From NCBI GenBank assembly GCA_963818475.1, contig CAWFSF010000006.1, positions 384,001 through 448,000 on the forward strand: a stretch of DNA of 64,000 bases. The letters run 5' to 3'. This DNA is from Nitrospirota bacterium. Its GTDB lineage: Bacteria > Nitrospirota > UBA9217. Numbering within the stretch: position 1 is the first letter of the stretch; every line of letters starts with the position of its first letter. Under the pieces are notes generated by a model. It was given only the letters and a program-made list of their open reading frames with translations. It was not told the origin of the DNA and ran no database searches. The translations under genes and the position numbers were made by a program. Shown here piece by piece: positions 50,246-60,120 of this stretch.

Positions 50246-51067
50246 ATGAAGGTAAAAATTAAAAATAAAAAGCTCAAAATCGTCTTTTTTTTATGCCTCG
50301 CTTTCGCGGTATTTGCCATCCTGGCATTCGCCATTACCAGTGTTGTTTTCAAAAATCCCGACAACTGCATCAAATGTCACTACATGAGGCCTTTTTATGA
50401 CACCTGGAAGTCCTCGGCCCATGCGGGATCCGGCTGCCTTACCTGCCATGATTACGGACCTACGCGAATGATCGGAAATCAACTCAAGTATCTTGCCGGC
50501 ACGTATAACCCGAAACCCCGGACCATTGTGCCGAGGCTGGTTTGTATTGCCGAGGGGTGTCATGACGAGCGACTGGTGGATCCGGTCGTCAAATACTCGC
50601 GCAGGGGGATCTTTTTCAGCCATACTCACGCGACCGAGGTGAGGAGGGACATCATCAAACTTCGATGCCGCAGTTGCCACGTGAGTGTGGGCCATTCGAA
50701 AGGGAAAAGCGTCGCAAAGGAGGTCTGCTTTATCTGCCATTTTATCAATACGGGCGACCTCCAGAAGGCGGTGACGGGCTGTCCGTCGTGTCATCCCTCA
50801 CCGAAGGGGGATATCCTCCACGACGGCAAGAGGTTCTCCCACGAGGCGGCGCTCCGGAAAGGCCGTGTGTGCAGAGATTGCCATGTAAAAATCGTAAAGG
50901 GAAGAGGGGAAGTCCCCCGGGAACGCTGCCATCTTTGCCACGTAGACCGGTTTGACAAATACGGCGATAAAGCGCTGATCCATAAAAAACATGTGGAGGA
51001 CCTGCAGATATACTGTCTTTACTGTCATGAAAAAATCGAACATGGAAAGATAGAAGTCTCGCATTGA
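50246..51067 (+). CDS. Membrane-anchored nonaheme cytochrome c (NapC/NirT-like N-terminus)
   Basis: N-terminal TM; CIKCH..W..S.H..CLTCH; CIAEGCH; six further CXXCH motifs. Confidence 0.88.
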   Translation: MKVKIKNKKLKIVFFLCLAFAVFAILAFAITSVVFKNPDNCIKCHYMRPFYDTWKSSAHAGSGCLTCHDYGPTRMIGNQLKYLAGTYNPKPRTIVPRLVCIAEGCHDERLVDPVVKYSRRGIFFSHTHATEVRRDIIKLRCRSCHVSVGHSKGKSVAKEVCFICHFINTGDLQKAVTGCPSCHPSPKGDILHDGKRFSHEAALRKGRVCRDCHVKIVKGRGEVPRERCHLCHVDRFDKYGDKALIHKKHVEDLQIYCLYCHEKIEHGKIEVSH

Positions 51068-51077
51068 CCGGCTGGCT

Positions 51078-52733
51078 ATGAGCGAGCAGGAACGCCGTCC
51101 AGTTCTCCGCTACCTTGCCCTCGTCGTTTTTATCGCGGCTGGTTTGCTCTATGTAAATTCGCTTGGTAATGGATTCGTCTGGGACGATTCTTTTATCATC
51201 GTCCAGAACCCCCTGATGCAGGGAATAAAAAATCTGCCTCGTCTCCTGGTTTCCGAGGACACGTTCCCCGGGGTACGGATCGGATGTTACCGTCCCGTCG
51301 CCTATTTCAGTTTTTTTCTCAACCGCCTGATCGGGGGCGGGGGCCCCTTCAGTTTTCATCTCGTAAATCTGCTGCTCCATGCCACAATATCCGCGGCGTT
51401 GTATGTCCTGATCGCCAGGCTGTTTCAGGACCACGTCCTGGGGTTCCTTGCGGCACTCCTCTTTGCCGCCCATCCGATCAACGCGGAAACCGTCAATTTT
51501 CTGTCGGGCGGCAGGAACACCCTCCTTGCCGCGCTGTTTACACTCATGTCTTTTATCACCTATGCGCGGGGACAGCGCCGCTGGTCCATCGTCTGGTTCG
51601 GCCTTTCGGCCTTCTCCAAGGAATTCGGTCTGATCACGCCGGCGATGCTGTATGTTTATGACCGCTTCGTAAAAAAGGAACGGAAGCCCTTCAGGAACTA
51701 CGCTCCCTATATTGCAGCGGGTGTCGTGTACCTCGCTGTCCGGAGCTTTGTTCTGGGCGGTGTCGGCCCCCTGGGGCTCGAAGCTCTCGGCAGCCGGCTT
51801 CTGTTCGTCCCCCGGCTTTTCGCGGACTACATGCGTGTGTTCCTGTTTGCCGTCCAGCCGAAACTCCCTCGCTGGACTGAGTTTCCAGAGGCGTTCGATA
51901 CCGTCGCCATCACCGCCGTGCTGGCTCTTTTCGCCGTAGGAGCGCTTATTTATTGGTTCCGGTCTTTCCCGGCAATCCGCTTTTCCGGCTTCTGGCTGCT
52001 GTTGTATTTTCTTCCTGCTGCCAACATTCAGCCGATCGGTTATATTCTGATGGCCGACCGGCATGCGTATTTCATGTCCATGGGCATCAGCCTGCTGGCG
52101 GCTTTTACAGTTCTCCGTCTGTTCCGGAGCGATCGGCGGGCGATGGCCACGGTCGTCGTTGTTTGTTTGCTGTTCAGTGCCATGGTTGTCCGGCGCAATG
52201 CCGCCTGGCGCAGCAATGAAACACTCTATCGCCAGATGATCGCCGATGCTCCCGACTCCAGCATCGGCTACCAGAATCTGGGAATGCTCCTCTACGACAG
52301 CGGGGAATCGGAGCAGGCGTTGGCCCCGCTTGAACGGGCCGTGGCCACGTCCCCGGTGTCCGAAGACGCGTTGTTTGCGCTCGGCACGTTGTACGCCGAA
52401 CTCGGCATGCCCGACAGGGCGGTAGTCTCCTTGCAAAAAACAGCGGCCCTGAATCCCGATGATTTCAGGGTTTTCCTCATGCTCAGCCGGCTTTATGAGG
52501 GCAGGGGAGAACTCGCGCTAGCGAGGTCGTATCGCGATAAAGCACTTGGGCTCATGCCGCAAATAGAGCGGATTCTCGCTCTCCGCGCGAAACGAATGTT
52601 CGAGCAGGCTGAGGAGGCACGGGCACTTGGCAGCGTCATGAAGGCCGAACGATTTTACCGCCGGGCGTTGCTCTATGACCCCCAGTCCGCGGCCGCACAG
52701 GCCGGACTGAGGGCAGTCGTCACGGAGAAATAA
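51078..52733 (+). CDS. TMTC-like GT-C glycosyltransferase with C-terminal TPRs
   Basis: Same motifs as the N-terminal ~550 aa of 46504 (FVWDD, YRP, HPINAETV, SKE, ADRH.Y, RN..W). Confidence 0.85.
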   Translation: MSEQERRPVLRYLALVVFIAAGLLYVNSLGNGFVWDDSFIIVQNPLMQGIKNLPRLLVSEDTFPGVRIGCYRPVAYFSFFLNRLIGGGGPFSFHLVNLLLHATISAALYVLIARLFQDHVLGFLAALLFAAHPINAETVNFLSGGRNTLLAALFTLMSFITYARGQRRWSIVWFGLSAFSKEFGLITPAMLYVYDRFVKKERKPFRNYAPYIAAGVVYLAVRSFVLGGVGPLGLEALGSRLLFVPRLFADYMRVFLFAVQPKLPRWTEFPEAFDTVAITAVLALFAVGALIYWFRSFPAIRFSGFWLLLYFLPAANIQPIGYILMADRHAYFMSMGISLLAAFTVLRLFRSDRRAMATVVVVCLLFSAMVVRRNAAWRSNETLYRQMIADAPDSSIGYQNLGMLLYDSGESEQALAPLERAVATSPVSEDALFALGTLYAELGMPDRAVVSLQKTAALNPDDFRVFLMLSRLYEGRGELALARSYRDKALGLMPQIERILALRAKRMFEQAEEARALGSVMKAERFYRRALLYDPQSAAAQAGLRAVVTEK

Positions 52734-52889
52734 TGATCCATGCAGGGATGGTGGTATGATAACTAAAGAATGCCCAGTGCCGGCACTGAACTCTTGTTGC
52801 TCCAGGATGCAGCCTCGGCACCTCTCCGCCAGGGGCGGAGGGACCGGAACGTTTTATTATTGCCTTTTTGAGACGGTTAATGAGGAGCC

Positions 52890-53630
52890 ATGTTGCGCAC
52901 AAGAATGGTTTGGATAATCGCGGTTGCGATACTTCTTTTTTTCCTTGCTACAACGTTCTTCCTGGACCTCAAAGGGCGGAGCGCAAGGTCTTACGGTGAA
53001 CGAGTCCATGATGTTTCGGAAACCCAATTGCCGGTGACCATGATCGCCAGTTCGGGAGAATTGTATCGTCTTTATAAATCCCGCGGTGTGCAGGGAAGGC
53101 TTTTGGTACATATCGGAACGCACCTGCATTTCGTCGACGGCAATGATGACAAAGGACCTTTTTCGCCGCTGCCCCGTCCAGACGCTTTGGGCGTTCTCCA
53201 CGCATACGAACAACGGATAGACTATACTAATGTGTTCTGGGTGGCGATGCAGGCGAATATCGTTCGCGGAATTTATTACGTTTTGCCGGACCAGGTATAT
53301 CAGGAAATAAGAAAGGCGGCGCGCGAGGACGACTTTGATATTGCTTACATGGATACGGAACGTATTGTGGCCCATGAATGGGGTTTCCGCCGCGAAATTT
53401 CCAATTCAATCCCCGTTCTTCCCGAACCGGTGCTGTTGAACATTGACGCCTCGGTGTTCGAGTATCGGGAAGTGTCCGATATCCTTCGCATGGTTAAGCA
53501 GTCGCGCTTGAAAGCCGATCTTATTACGGCGAACCTGTCGGAGGACAGCCCGGACGTATCGCCGGCAAGCAGGGGGAAAATGAGGTTGTTCATATCGCTC
53601 TTGACCGGGGGGGGCAGTGGAAAACAATAA
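52890..53630 (+). CDS. Hypothetical exported protein (possibly UPF0489/arginase-like fold)
   Basis: N-terminal TM; GRLLVHIG.H, IVRGIYYVLP, VLLNIDAS and ADLIT motifs; paralog of 60121. Confidence 0.65.
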   Translation: MLRTRMVWIIAVAILLFFLATTFFLDLKGRSARSYGERVHDVSETQLPVTMIASSGELYRLYKSRGVQGRLLVHIGTHLHFVDGNDDKGPFSPLPRPDALGVLHAYEQRIDYTNVFWVAMQANIVRGIYYVLPDQVYQEIRKAAREDDFDIAYMDTERIVAHEWGFRREISNSIPVLPEPVLLNIDASVFEYREVSDILRMVKQSRLKADLITANLSEDSPDVSPASRGKMRLFISLLTGGGSGKQ

Positions 53631-54843
53631 AAAAGAGTTTCTTGCGCTGCTGCTGTTAATAACCCTGCTTGGCATATGTCTCCGCGTATATGGGGTCTTC
53701 GGGCAGCCTCTCCTGGAGGACGAAACTCTGATGGCCTCCACGGCGCGCAATTACATGGAGCGGGGACATTTCGTGCCTTCCATGCCTCACCACCCCAATT
53801 TGCGCAATATCCTTGTTTTTTTGTCCATGAATACGTTCGGTGAGAACGGCCTCGGGGTACGGTTCTTCAGCCTTCTCTTCGGTATCCTGAGCGTCCCGCT
53901 TCTGGGGCTCCTGCTGTACAGGCTGACCTCGAATGTAACCGCTTCCAGCCTGGCCGCGTTTTTCCTTGCAGTGGATCCCGTCCATATCCTCTACAGCAGG
54001 CACGCCATCCAAGAGGTCCATACGGCATTTTTTTTCCTCGCAGGCACGCTTCTCTTTGTCCATGCGGCGACCCGGAACGATCGTTGGTGGCTTCTACCGG
54101 CAAGCGGGGTATTTTTCGGGTTCGGACTCGCGTCCAAGGCCCATGCCGCATTCCCGCTCCTCGTCTGCCTGGTCTCTGTGTTTTTATCAGCGAAGGAGTT
54201 GAGAAAGAAAGAGTTTCGTATCCTGGCGGTAGTATCTCTTACGGTGCTGCCCCTCACGGTGTTCATGCTGACCGATGCAGCGTGGTTCAGCCGGGGGTAT
54301 GATCTTGCCGACTGGCTGTTCATGAGAAAAACGCTCATTGGCCCCATGACGGCGAAATTTACCCCGCCGACCACGGAAATCAATGTGGACACGTTGGCCT
54401 GGCAGTGGTTCCTTGTTCCCTTTCTCGGGTATCATGAATTTTCCTATGGCAGCGGAAAACCGGTTCTCTTTGTCGCCATGGGGAACCCTCTTGTCTGGAT
54501 GCTCGTGCTGCCCGCCGCTTTTTATATCCTGTACAGGTGGAGGAGCATACAAGGCGCATTGTTTATGCAGGCCCTCTTCTGGCTTTCCTATCTGCCGCTC
54601 GTAGTTGCTCCCCGAAGAATATTTCTACTTTCGTCCATAGCAGTCACGCCCTTCGCCTATGGTCTCGTAGGTCTCGCGGTTTCCCATGCGGCAACGCGTT
54701 GGGGGAAAAAAATAGTATATGTCTATCTCGGCGCTGTTCTGGCAATAAGCCTGCTGCTGTACCCTTTGACCTTGGGGCAGGGATGGAATTATCAGTACCT
54801 CCGTCCGATGGTAGAACGATTTAATCCCCATCAAAACCGTTAA
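53617..54843 (+). CDS. Pmt-like (GT39/GT-C) phospholipid carrier-dependent glycosyltransferase
   Basis: DE motif, HHP, G.R..S.LFG, DP.H..YSR, GLASK, AWQW and GNPLVW motifs. Confidence 0.85.
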   Translation: MENNKKEFLALLLLITLLGICLRVYGVFGQPLLEDETLMASTARNYMERGHFVPSMPHHPNLRNILVFLSMNTFGENGLGVRFFSLLFGILSVPLLGLLLYRLTSNVTASSLAAFFLAVDPVHILYSRHAIQEVHTAFFFLAGTLLFVHAATRNDRWWLLPASGVFFGFGLASKAHAAFPLLVCLVSVFLSAKELRKKEFRILAVVSLTVLPLTVFMLTDAAWFSRGYDLADWLFMRKTLIGPMTAKFTPPTTEINVDTLAWQWFLVPFLGYHEFSYGSGKPVLFVAMGNPLVWMLVLPAAFYILYRWRSIQGALFMQALFWLSYLPLVVAPRRIFLLSSIAVTPFAYGLVGLAVSHAATRWGKKIVYVYLGAVLAISLLLYPLTLGQGWNYQYLRPMVERFNPHQNR

Positions 54844-54932
54844 CAATTATATATTCGCCGCCTGGTGTATGCGATGGCGGTTGAACGGGAAGAGAGACCT
54901 TGCTTCCGGGCGGACCTCCGGATTCCTTTTAT

Positions 54933-54961
54933 TTGACAAAGTACAGGGGAAAATAGATAAT
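54933..54961 (+). promoter_or_regulatory. Sigma-70 promoter of ccsA-resB
   Basis: TTGACA-N17-GATAAT. Confidence 0.65.
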
Positions 54962-55001
54962 AGCATACTCGGGCAGAATGCCTCACTTTGAAAGGAGTAT
55001 T

Positions 55002-55838
55002 ATGTCTCCCGTAGAAACCGTCTTATTCTGGATATGTCTTCTTGCCTATGCATTGGCAACAGGCGGATATATCTATTCGTTTGTCTTCAAAAACGAAAAG
55101 GTCCTTCCCAAGCTGATGCTCCTGGTTACGGTTGGTTTTGTTCTCCATACCGCTACTATCGCTGCGCGATATTACGCCCAAGGGCATCTTCCCTGGAGCG
55201 GAGATTATGAAAACGGGCTCATGGGGGGCTGGTTCGTCATGGTATTGACGGTGTATGTCGTACGGCAGCAGAAACAACTCCAGGCACTGGCGGCGGTGAC
55301 TGTGCCTTTTACCCTGTTAATGATGGGCTTCGGCGTAATGCGGAACCCGACACTCGGGCCCATGGCGGCTTCTCTCAAGTCCTTCTGGCTGTTGATCCAC
55401 GTATATTTCGCCTGGCTGGCTTTCGGAGCGTTCGCGCTCGCCATGGCCGCCGGCATTCTTTATTTGCTCAAGGAAAAAGACGCTGCGCAGCCGGCACAAA
55501 ACCCGGTTTATGGTCGTTTTCCCTCTATCACCAGACTCGATGAATTGATGTTTCGCTACATAATCTTCGGGTTCATCACCGATGCTATCATGATCGCCGC
55601 GGGCGCCATCTGGGCCAAGGATTTGTGGGGAAGCTACTGGAGCTGGGACCCGGTCGAGACGTGGTCCCTGGTGTCATGGCTCATGTACGGCATCATCATC
55701 CATCTCCGCATGACCTTCGGGTGGCGGGGCCGAAGGCTTTCCTGGCTGACGATTTTCGCTATCGTCGGCATGATCATCACCTTTTTCGGCGTCAACTTCG
55801 TCGTCGAAAGCAGCTTCCACCTTTTTAACGTCAGATGA
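55002..55838 (+). CDS. ccsA: Cytochrome c biogenesis protein CcsA/ResC (system II)
   Basis: RBS aaggag; L.S.WL.IHV; WWD domain GAIWA...WGSYWSWDPVETW; conserved His residues. Confidence 0.93.
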   Translation: MSPVETVLFWICLLAYALATGGYIYSFVFKNEKVLPKLMLLVTVGFVLHTATIAARYYAQGHLPWSGDYENGLMGGWFVMVLTVYVVRQQKQLQALAAVTVPFTLLMMGFGVMRNPTLGPMAASLKSFWLLIHVYFAWLAFGAFALAMAAGILYLLKEKDAAQPAQNPVYGRFPSITRLDELMFRYIIFGFITDAIMIAAGAIWAKDLWGSYWSWDPVETWSLVSWLMYGIIIHLRMTFGWRGRRLSWLTIFAIVGMIITFFGVNFVVESSFHLFNVR

Positions 55839-57237
55839 TCCGCAAAGTCCTTTCCATAGCGTCATCACTGCGTTTTACGCTGATCTTGATCGTGGCGCTG
55901 TCGATCATATTCCTTCTCGGCCTATGGATACCCCAGAAGGGGTTGTTCACCCGTGAGGTTTACGTTCAATGGAAGACCAATTCTCCCGGGTCTCGTAACA
56001 GCGCTCGAAACCCTGGGGTTTACGGATATCTATACTGCCCCGATAACCATGGCCCTCTGGGTTCTTTTTTTCCTCAATCTCGTGTTTGGTCATGTTCAGA
56101 CGGCTGGATGTCGTCAAGGCTAAAATACGCCTCTCCGAGGACAAGCAGGAAGACCCGTCGACGAGTTCGCGATACCGGTACCGCAAGAGCATTCCTCTGT
56201 CAACGGAACTAGAACGCGATGCAGTCGCGCGAGCGCTTAAGCAGGAGGGGTATCGGGTTTTCGGACAGCCTGAGCGTTTTTACGCCGTAAAAAATCGTTT
56301 TTCGCCGGTTGCCACGATACTGTTCCATTTAAGTTTTCTTCTCATTCTTGCCGGAGGCATAGTTGGCCTCTATACACGTTTTTCCGCTTATCTCGATTTG
56401 GCTGCCGGAGAAGAGATCGACGGTTCCCTTGACCGGTTCACGAAACCTCTGACAATCCCTAAGATCGGCGCAATCCCGTCGGGAAGCTTCAAAGTCACGG
56501 ATATCCGTCCCGAGATGATTGGTGACACTCCGGCCGGTCTGCAAGTCGACATCCTCGATCCCGCCGGGAAGATCACGACTGCGGATATTAACAAACCATA
56601 CAAACCGGGAAAAGTGTCTTTCGTAGTCAAGGACCTCGGGGTGGCTCCGCTGGTAATTCTGCAGGACCGTTCGGGGAAGGAAGTGGACGGCGCCTATGTG
56701 AAGCTCAATGTGCTGCGCGGTAAGCAGGACCACTTCAAATTGCAGGGCGTCACCTTTACGGTCGATTTTTTCCCGGATTATGCTGTTCAGGACGGCATTG
56801 AAATATCACGTTCTGAAGAAGTTCGGAATCCTGCCTTCAGGTTTGCTTTGCAAGGGAGGGATTCCGTGCCCCTGCAGAGCACGATCCGTCCCGGTGAAGA
56901 GGCAGCGCTCGGCGCTTACCGGCTGAAGGTGCCCTCGGTACTGTACTGGGTCCGCTTCTACGTTGTGAAGGAGGAAGGGCTGGAATTGGTCTACGCAGGA
57001 TTCTTTCTCTCCGTTTTCGCGCTGATCTGGCGTTTTGGCTATTATCAGCGGGAACTCGTGGGCCGCAGGATAAACCAGGAAGGGAAAGAAGTTCTGCTCC
57101 TGGCCGGGCGGGCGGAGTTTTACCCCGCGCTTTACGAGGATGAATTCAATGAGCTGACGGAGAGGATAATGAAATTTTCCAACCGGGTGAACTCAGATAT
57201 GAAGCGGCCAAGTGCGGACAGCCGGGAGCCCTTGTGA
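55835..57237 (+). CDS. resB: Cytochrome c biogenesis protein ResB/CcsB, interrupted by two +1 indels (about 55988 and 56085)
   Basis: ASSL.F..ILI...G.WIPQ, then GFTDIYTAP...FFLNL in an intermediate frame, then LFHLSFLLILAGG and INKP. Coupled to ccsA by ATGA. Confidence 0.82.
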
Positions 57238-58100
57238 AAAGAAAAACTGTTAAAAGCGTAAGCAACTCAACTCAACTCAACTCAACTCAAGGAAGTCATC
57301 CCCTTCAAATCGCCCTCGTGTTCTTGCTGGTAATTGTCCTCTGTGCCGCTGCTTTTAAAAGAAATACGATTTGGCACGATAAAGTTCGTCTCTGGAACGA
57401 CGTGGTCGAGAAAAGCCCGTATATGGCAAGGGGATATATCAATCGCGCCAACGCCTTTAGAGAAGCCCGGCAGTATAGAGAGGCAATCGAGGATTGCGCT
57501 CGTGGGCTTGAACTTCATGAACTAAATCCCCGCCTCAATGAAGCGCACTTTACCTGCGGAATTATCTATTACGAGACCGGGGACTACGGAAACGCTATAC
57601 GGGAATACAGCCGGGAAATAGCTATAAATCCCGGTTTCGCAAGGGCTTATTTCAATCGGGGTAATATCTATTATCTGCAGGGAAATTATGATAGTGCGAT
57701 CCAGGATTACAGCGCGGAAATAGCGATAAATCCGGAGGATGCAAAATCTTACTTCAATCGAGCCAATGCCTTCAATACTATCGGCCTTCACGACAAGGCA
57801 ATCTCGGACTACACCAGAGAAATAACGGTCAATCCCCTGAATTCCGTGGCGTATTGCAATCGTGCGATAGCCTTGAGCGCAAAGGGGCATTATGATGCGG
57901 CGCTTGAAGATTTCAACAAGGCCATAGCTCTGAATCAGGGGAATGCCCAGCTCTTCTTCAGCCGGGGAAATGAATATCTCAGGCGGGCGCAATATGAACT
58001 GGCGATCGAGGATTATAACAAGGCAATCGAAATCAAGCCTGATTACAGGGATGCTGACATCAATAGGGGTATCGCATTGAGGAACATAAGAGGACGCTGA
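57234..58100 (+). CDS. Membrane-anchored TPR protein
   Basis: TM helix, RN.IW.D...LW.D...KSP...R motif and about 6 TPRs. The GTG start overlaps the resB stop. Confidence 0.85.
   Translation: MKRKTVKSVSNSTQLNSTQGSHPLQIALVFLLVIVLCAAAFKRNTIWHDKVRLWNDVVEKSPYMARGYINRANAFREARQYREAIEDCARGLELHELNPRLNEAHFTCGIIYYETGDYGNAIREYSREIAINPGFARAYFNRGNIYYLQGNYDSAIQDYSAEIAINPEDAKSYFNRANAFNTIGLHDKAISDYTREITVNPLNSVAYCNRAIALSAKGHYDAALEDFNKAIALNQGNAQLFFSRGNEYLRRAQYELAIEDYNKAIEIKPDYRDADINRGIALRNIRGR
57263..57290 (+). repeat. (CAACT)5.6 pentanucleotide simple sequence repeat
   Basis: caactcaactcaactcaactcaactcaa, about 30 nt after the start codon. Confidence 0.9.
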
Positions 58101-58492
58101 GAAAGCAAAAGCTGACGCTCCAAAAGCCTTATAAACTACTCATGGGAAAATAAATGGCAACAGTGACGACCTATCGATTACAGACCACACCGTAACTTAA
58201 AGCTGACCACTGGAAAGCGCGATTCTCCGATTTAGCACACGGCGCGCGATACCGAACAAATGCACTGATTACGGGATTGCTTCCCCGGGTAGCGGCTAAT
58301 TTAAAGAAAGAAGTGATATGAAATTTAGTCAGCAGTTGCCTTATTATCGAAACGTGTTTGTGCACCCTGCCCTCTCCAGTAAATATAGTAGAAAATGTTA
58401 TTGCATCAAGTATGAACAATGAGTATGATGGCCCTGAGGAGAAAAAATACTTCTTCCAGGGCCACAATTTTTATGTTACCCGATATCCGTAA

Positions 58493-59332
58493 ATGTACCG
58501 TAAATTTATGAGCAAATTCTTAAACGTAACTCGCCGCTGGCACATCACGACTGCATTGGCTATTTCTGTGGTTATATTGCTGTCTTACACTGCATACAAG
58601 AGAAATTCCGCCTGGCAAAATGATCTAACGTTAATGACTGATATTACAAACAAATCTCCCCAGAAATCACGCGGATACATCTATCTTGGAAATTATCATT
58701 ATTTTACAGGTTCGTTTGATAATGCAATAATAAATTTTCAGACAGCTTTGCGACTCACCGGCAAGCAGCCGGACTTATTGCCCGGAATATATGTTAGTTT
58801 AGGCAATGCCTATGTCTCTACGGGGCAAATAGAGAAGGCAATCGAATATTATGTGAAAGCCGTAGAAATCAATCCCGATTATGATTCAGCATATGCCAAC
58901 CTCGGCAATGCGTATAGTTCTCAAGGGGCGCTGGATAAAGCAATAGATTATTATCAAATTGCACTGAGGCTTAATCCGAATTCCGCCAATGCTTATAATA
59001 ATATTGCTAATGCCTACTTCAAGAAAAACGAGCTAGATAAAGCCATTGAATATTATCGGCTGTCCTTAAGACTAAATCCCGATTCAGCTTATTTATACAA
59101 TAATATCGCCAGTGCTTATTTTGCAAAAGGACTGCCTAAAGAAGCAATTGAGAATTTTGATAAAGCCATAGAGTTAAAAAATGATATGGCGCTTTTTTAT
59201 GTTAACCGAGGCGACGCGCATCTTAAACTAGGGCAGAGAAGAGAAGCAATGTCAGACTATGGAGAGGCATGCGCATTAAGTGACGAACCGGGATGTAGAG
59301 AACTTCGGAAATTAGGATTTGCTCACGATTAA
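58493..59332 (+). CDS. Membrane-anchored TPR protein (AT-rich)
   Basis: TM helix, RNSAW.N...KSPQK.R motif and 6 TPRs. Confidence 0.85.
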   Translation: MYRKFMSKFLNVTRRWHITTALAISVVILLSYTAYKRNSAWQNDLTLMTDITNKSPQKSRGYIYLGNYHYFTGSFDNAIINFQTALRLTGKQPDLLPGIYVSLGNAYVSTGQIEKAIEYYVKAVEINPDYDSAYANLGNAYSSQGALDKAIDYYQIALRLNPNSANAYNNIANAYFKKNELDKAIEYYRLSLRLNPDSAYLYNNIASAYFAKGLPKEAIENFDKAIELKNDMALFYVNRGDAHLKLGQRREAMSDYGEACALSDEPGCRELRKLGFAHD

Positions 59333-59379
59333 CTTGAACATATTATTATTCCATGACGTTTTTGGCCTAAATATATAAT

Positions 59380-59585
59380 CCGCACGTGAATCAGCCTTTT
59401 ACCGGGCGCTTTGATTATAGCCGGTAAAAAGACTGGACCAGGTTTTTCGTAATGCGCTCCCATTGCATAGCCTACGATTTCACCGTTGAAAAGATTGATA
59501 TCATTGTGACTCGCAAGATATAGCCACTCTTCATCGGTCGGTATATAGGATAATATTCACTCACCCAGACACAGTTGGACGTTGC
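59380..59585 (-). pseudogene. IS3-family transposase (integrase core) remnant
   Basis: The minus strand reads NCVWVSE then, after a shift, YIPTDEEWLYLASHNDINLFNGEIVGYAMG. This matches the IS3 W..DITYI.T..GW.YLA...D.F...IVG signature. Confidence 0.7.
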
Positions 59586-59841
59586 TTCTCATTCCCCGTA
59601 TGTCGTTTGGACCAATTACTTCTTGATCCTTGACATCTTCAGCCGGGACATAGCCGGCTAGAGGATCGCCTCCAGGGAATCGGCTGCAAAGGAACTCTGT
59701 CCTACGATGGGAGAGGGTAGGTGGTGGTTTGCCGCCTCATGCCAGGCGTACGTCGGCATGCAAATTTTTCTTTTGCATTTGTAAAAACGCAAACCCTCTT
59801 TTCGCAACTCTGCAAAAAAATAACAAAACTTTTTATCATTA

Positions 59842-59875
59842 ATTCAATAAGTTACGTTTTGGCATACGAGATGCA
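59842..59875 (+). promoter_or_regulatory. Putative sigma-54 promoter with IHF-like site
   Basis: TGGCAT-ACGAG-ATGCA at 59860-59875; attcaataagtta at 59842-59854. Confidence 0.5.
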
Positions 59876-60120
59876 ATAATCCAGGCAAGACTGCACGTTC
59901 CATTCCCATGATTTGATTGAAAAATACTGCCAATGCTGTCCCAGCAAGACAGCCCTTGGCATGCCCCGCGTTACCTGATTGGTCTCCTTAGTCTCCAGTT
60001 TGAAAATAACACTGGAGCGTCGGCTTAATCTCGGCTGGATTGCGGCAGGCGCTTTTGATCGTCGGAGGAAACGCAGTGCGCCCATCTTATTACTCCCCCA
60101 TAACAATTCAAAAGAAAAGG

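Noticed and set aside
50745-52436. 563-aa minus-strand ORF and other long antisense ORFs (e.g. 40887-41942, 32906-33889, 17708-18715)
   Set aside because: These are shadows of well-supported opposite-strand genes and carry no motifs.
58171-58467. 98-aa minus-strand ORF in the AT-rich gap
   Set aside because: No clear RBS or motif.
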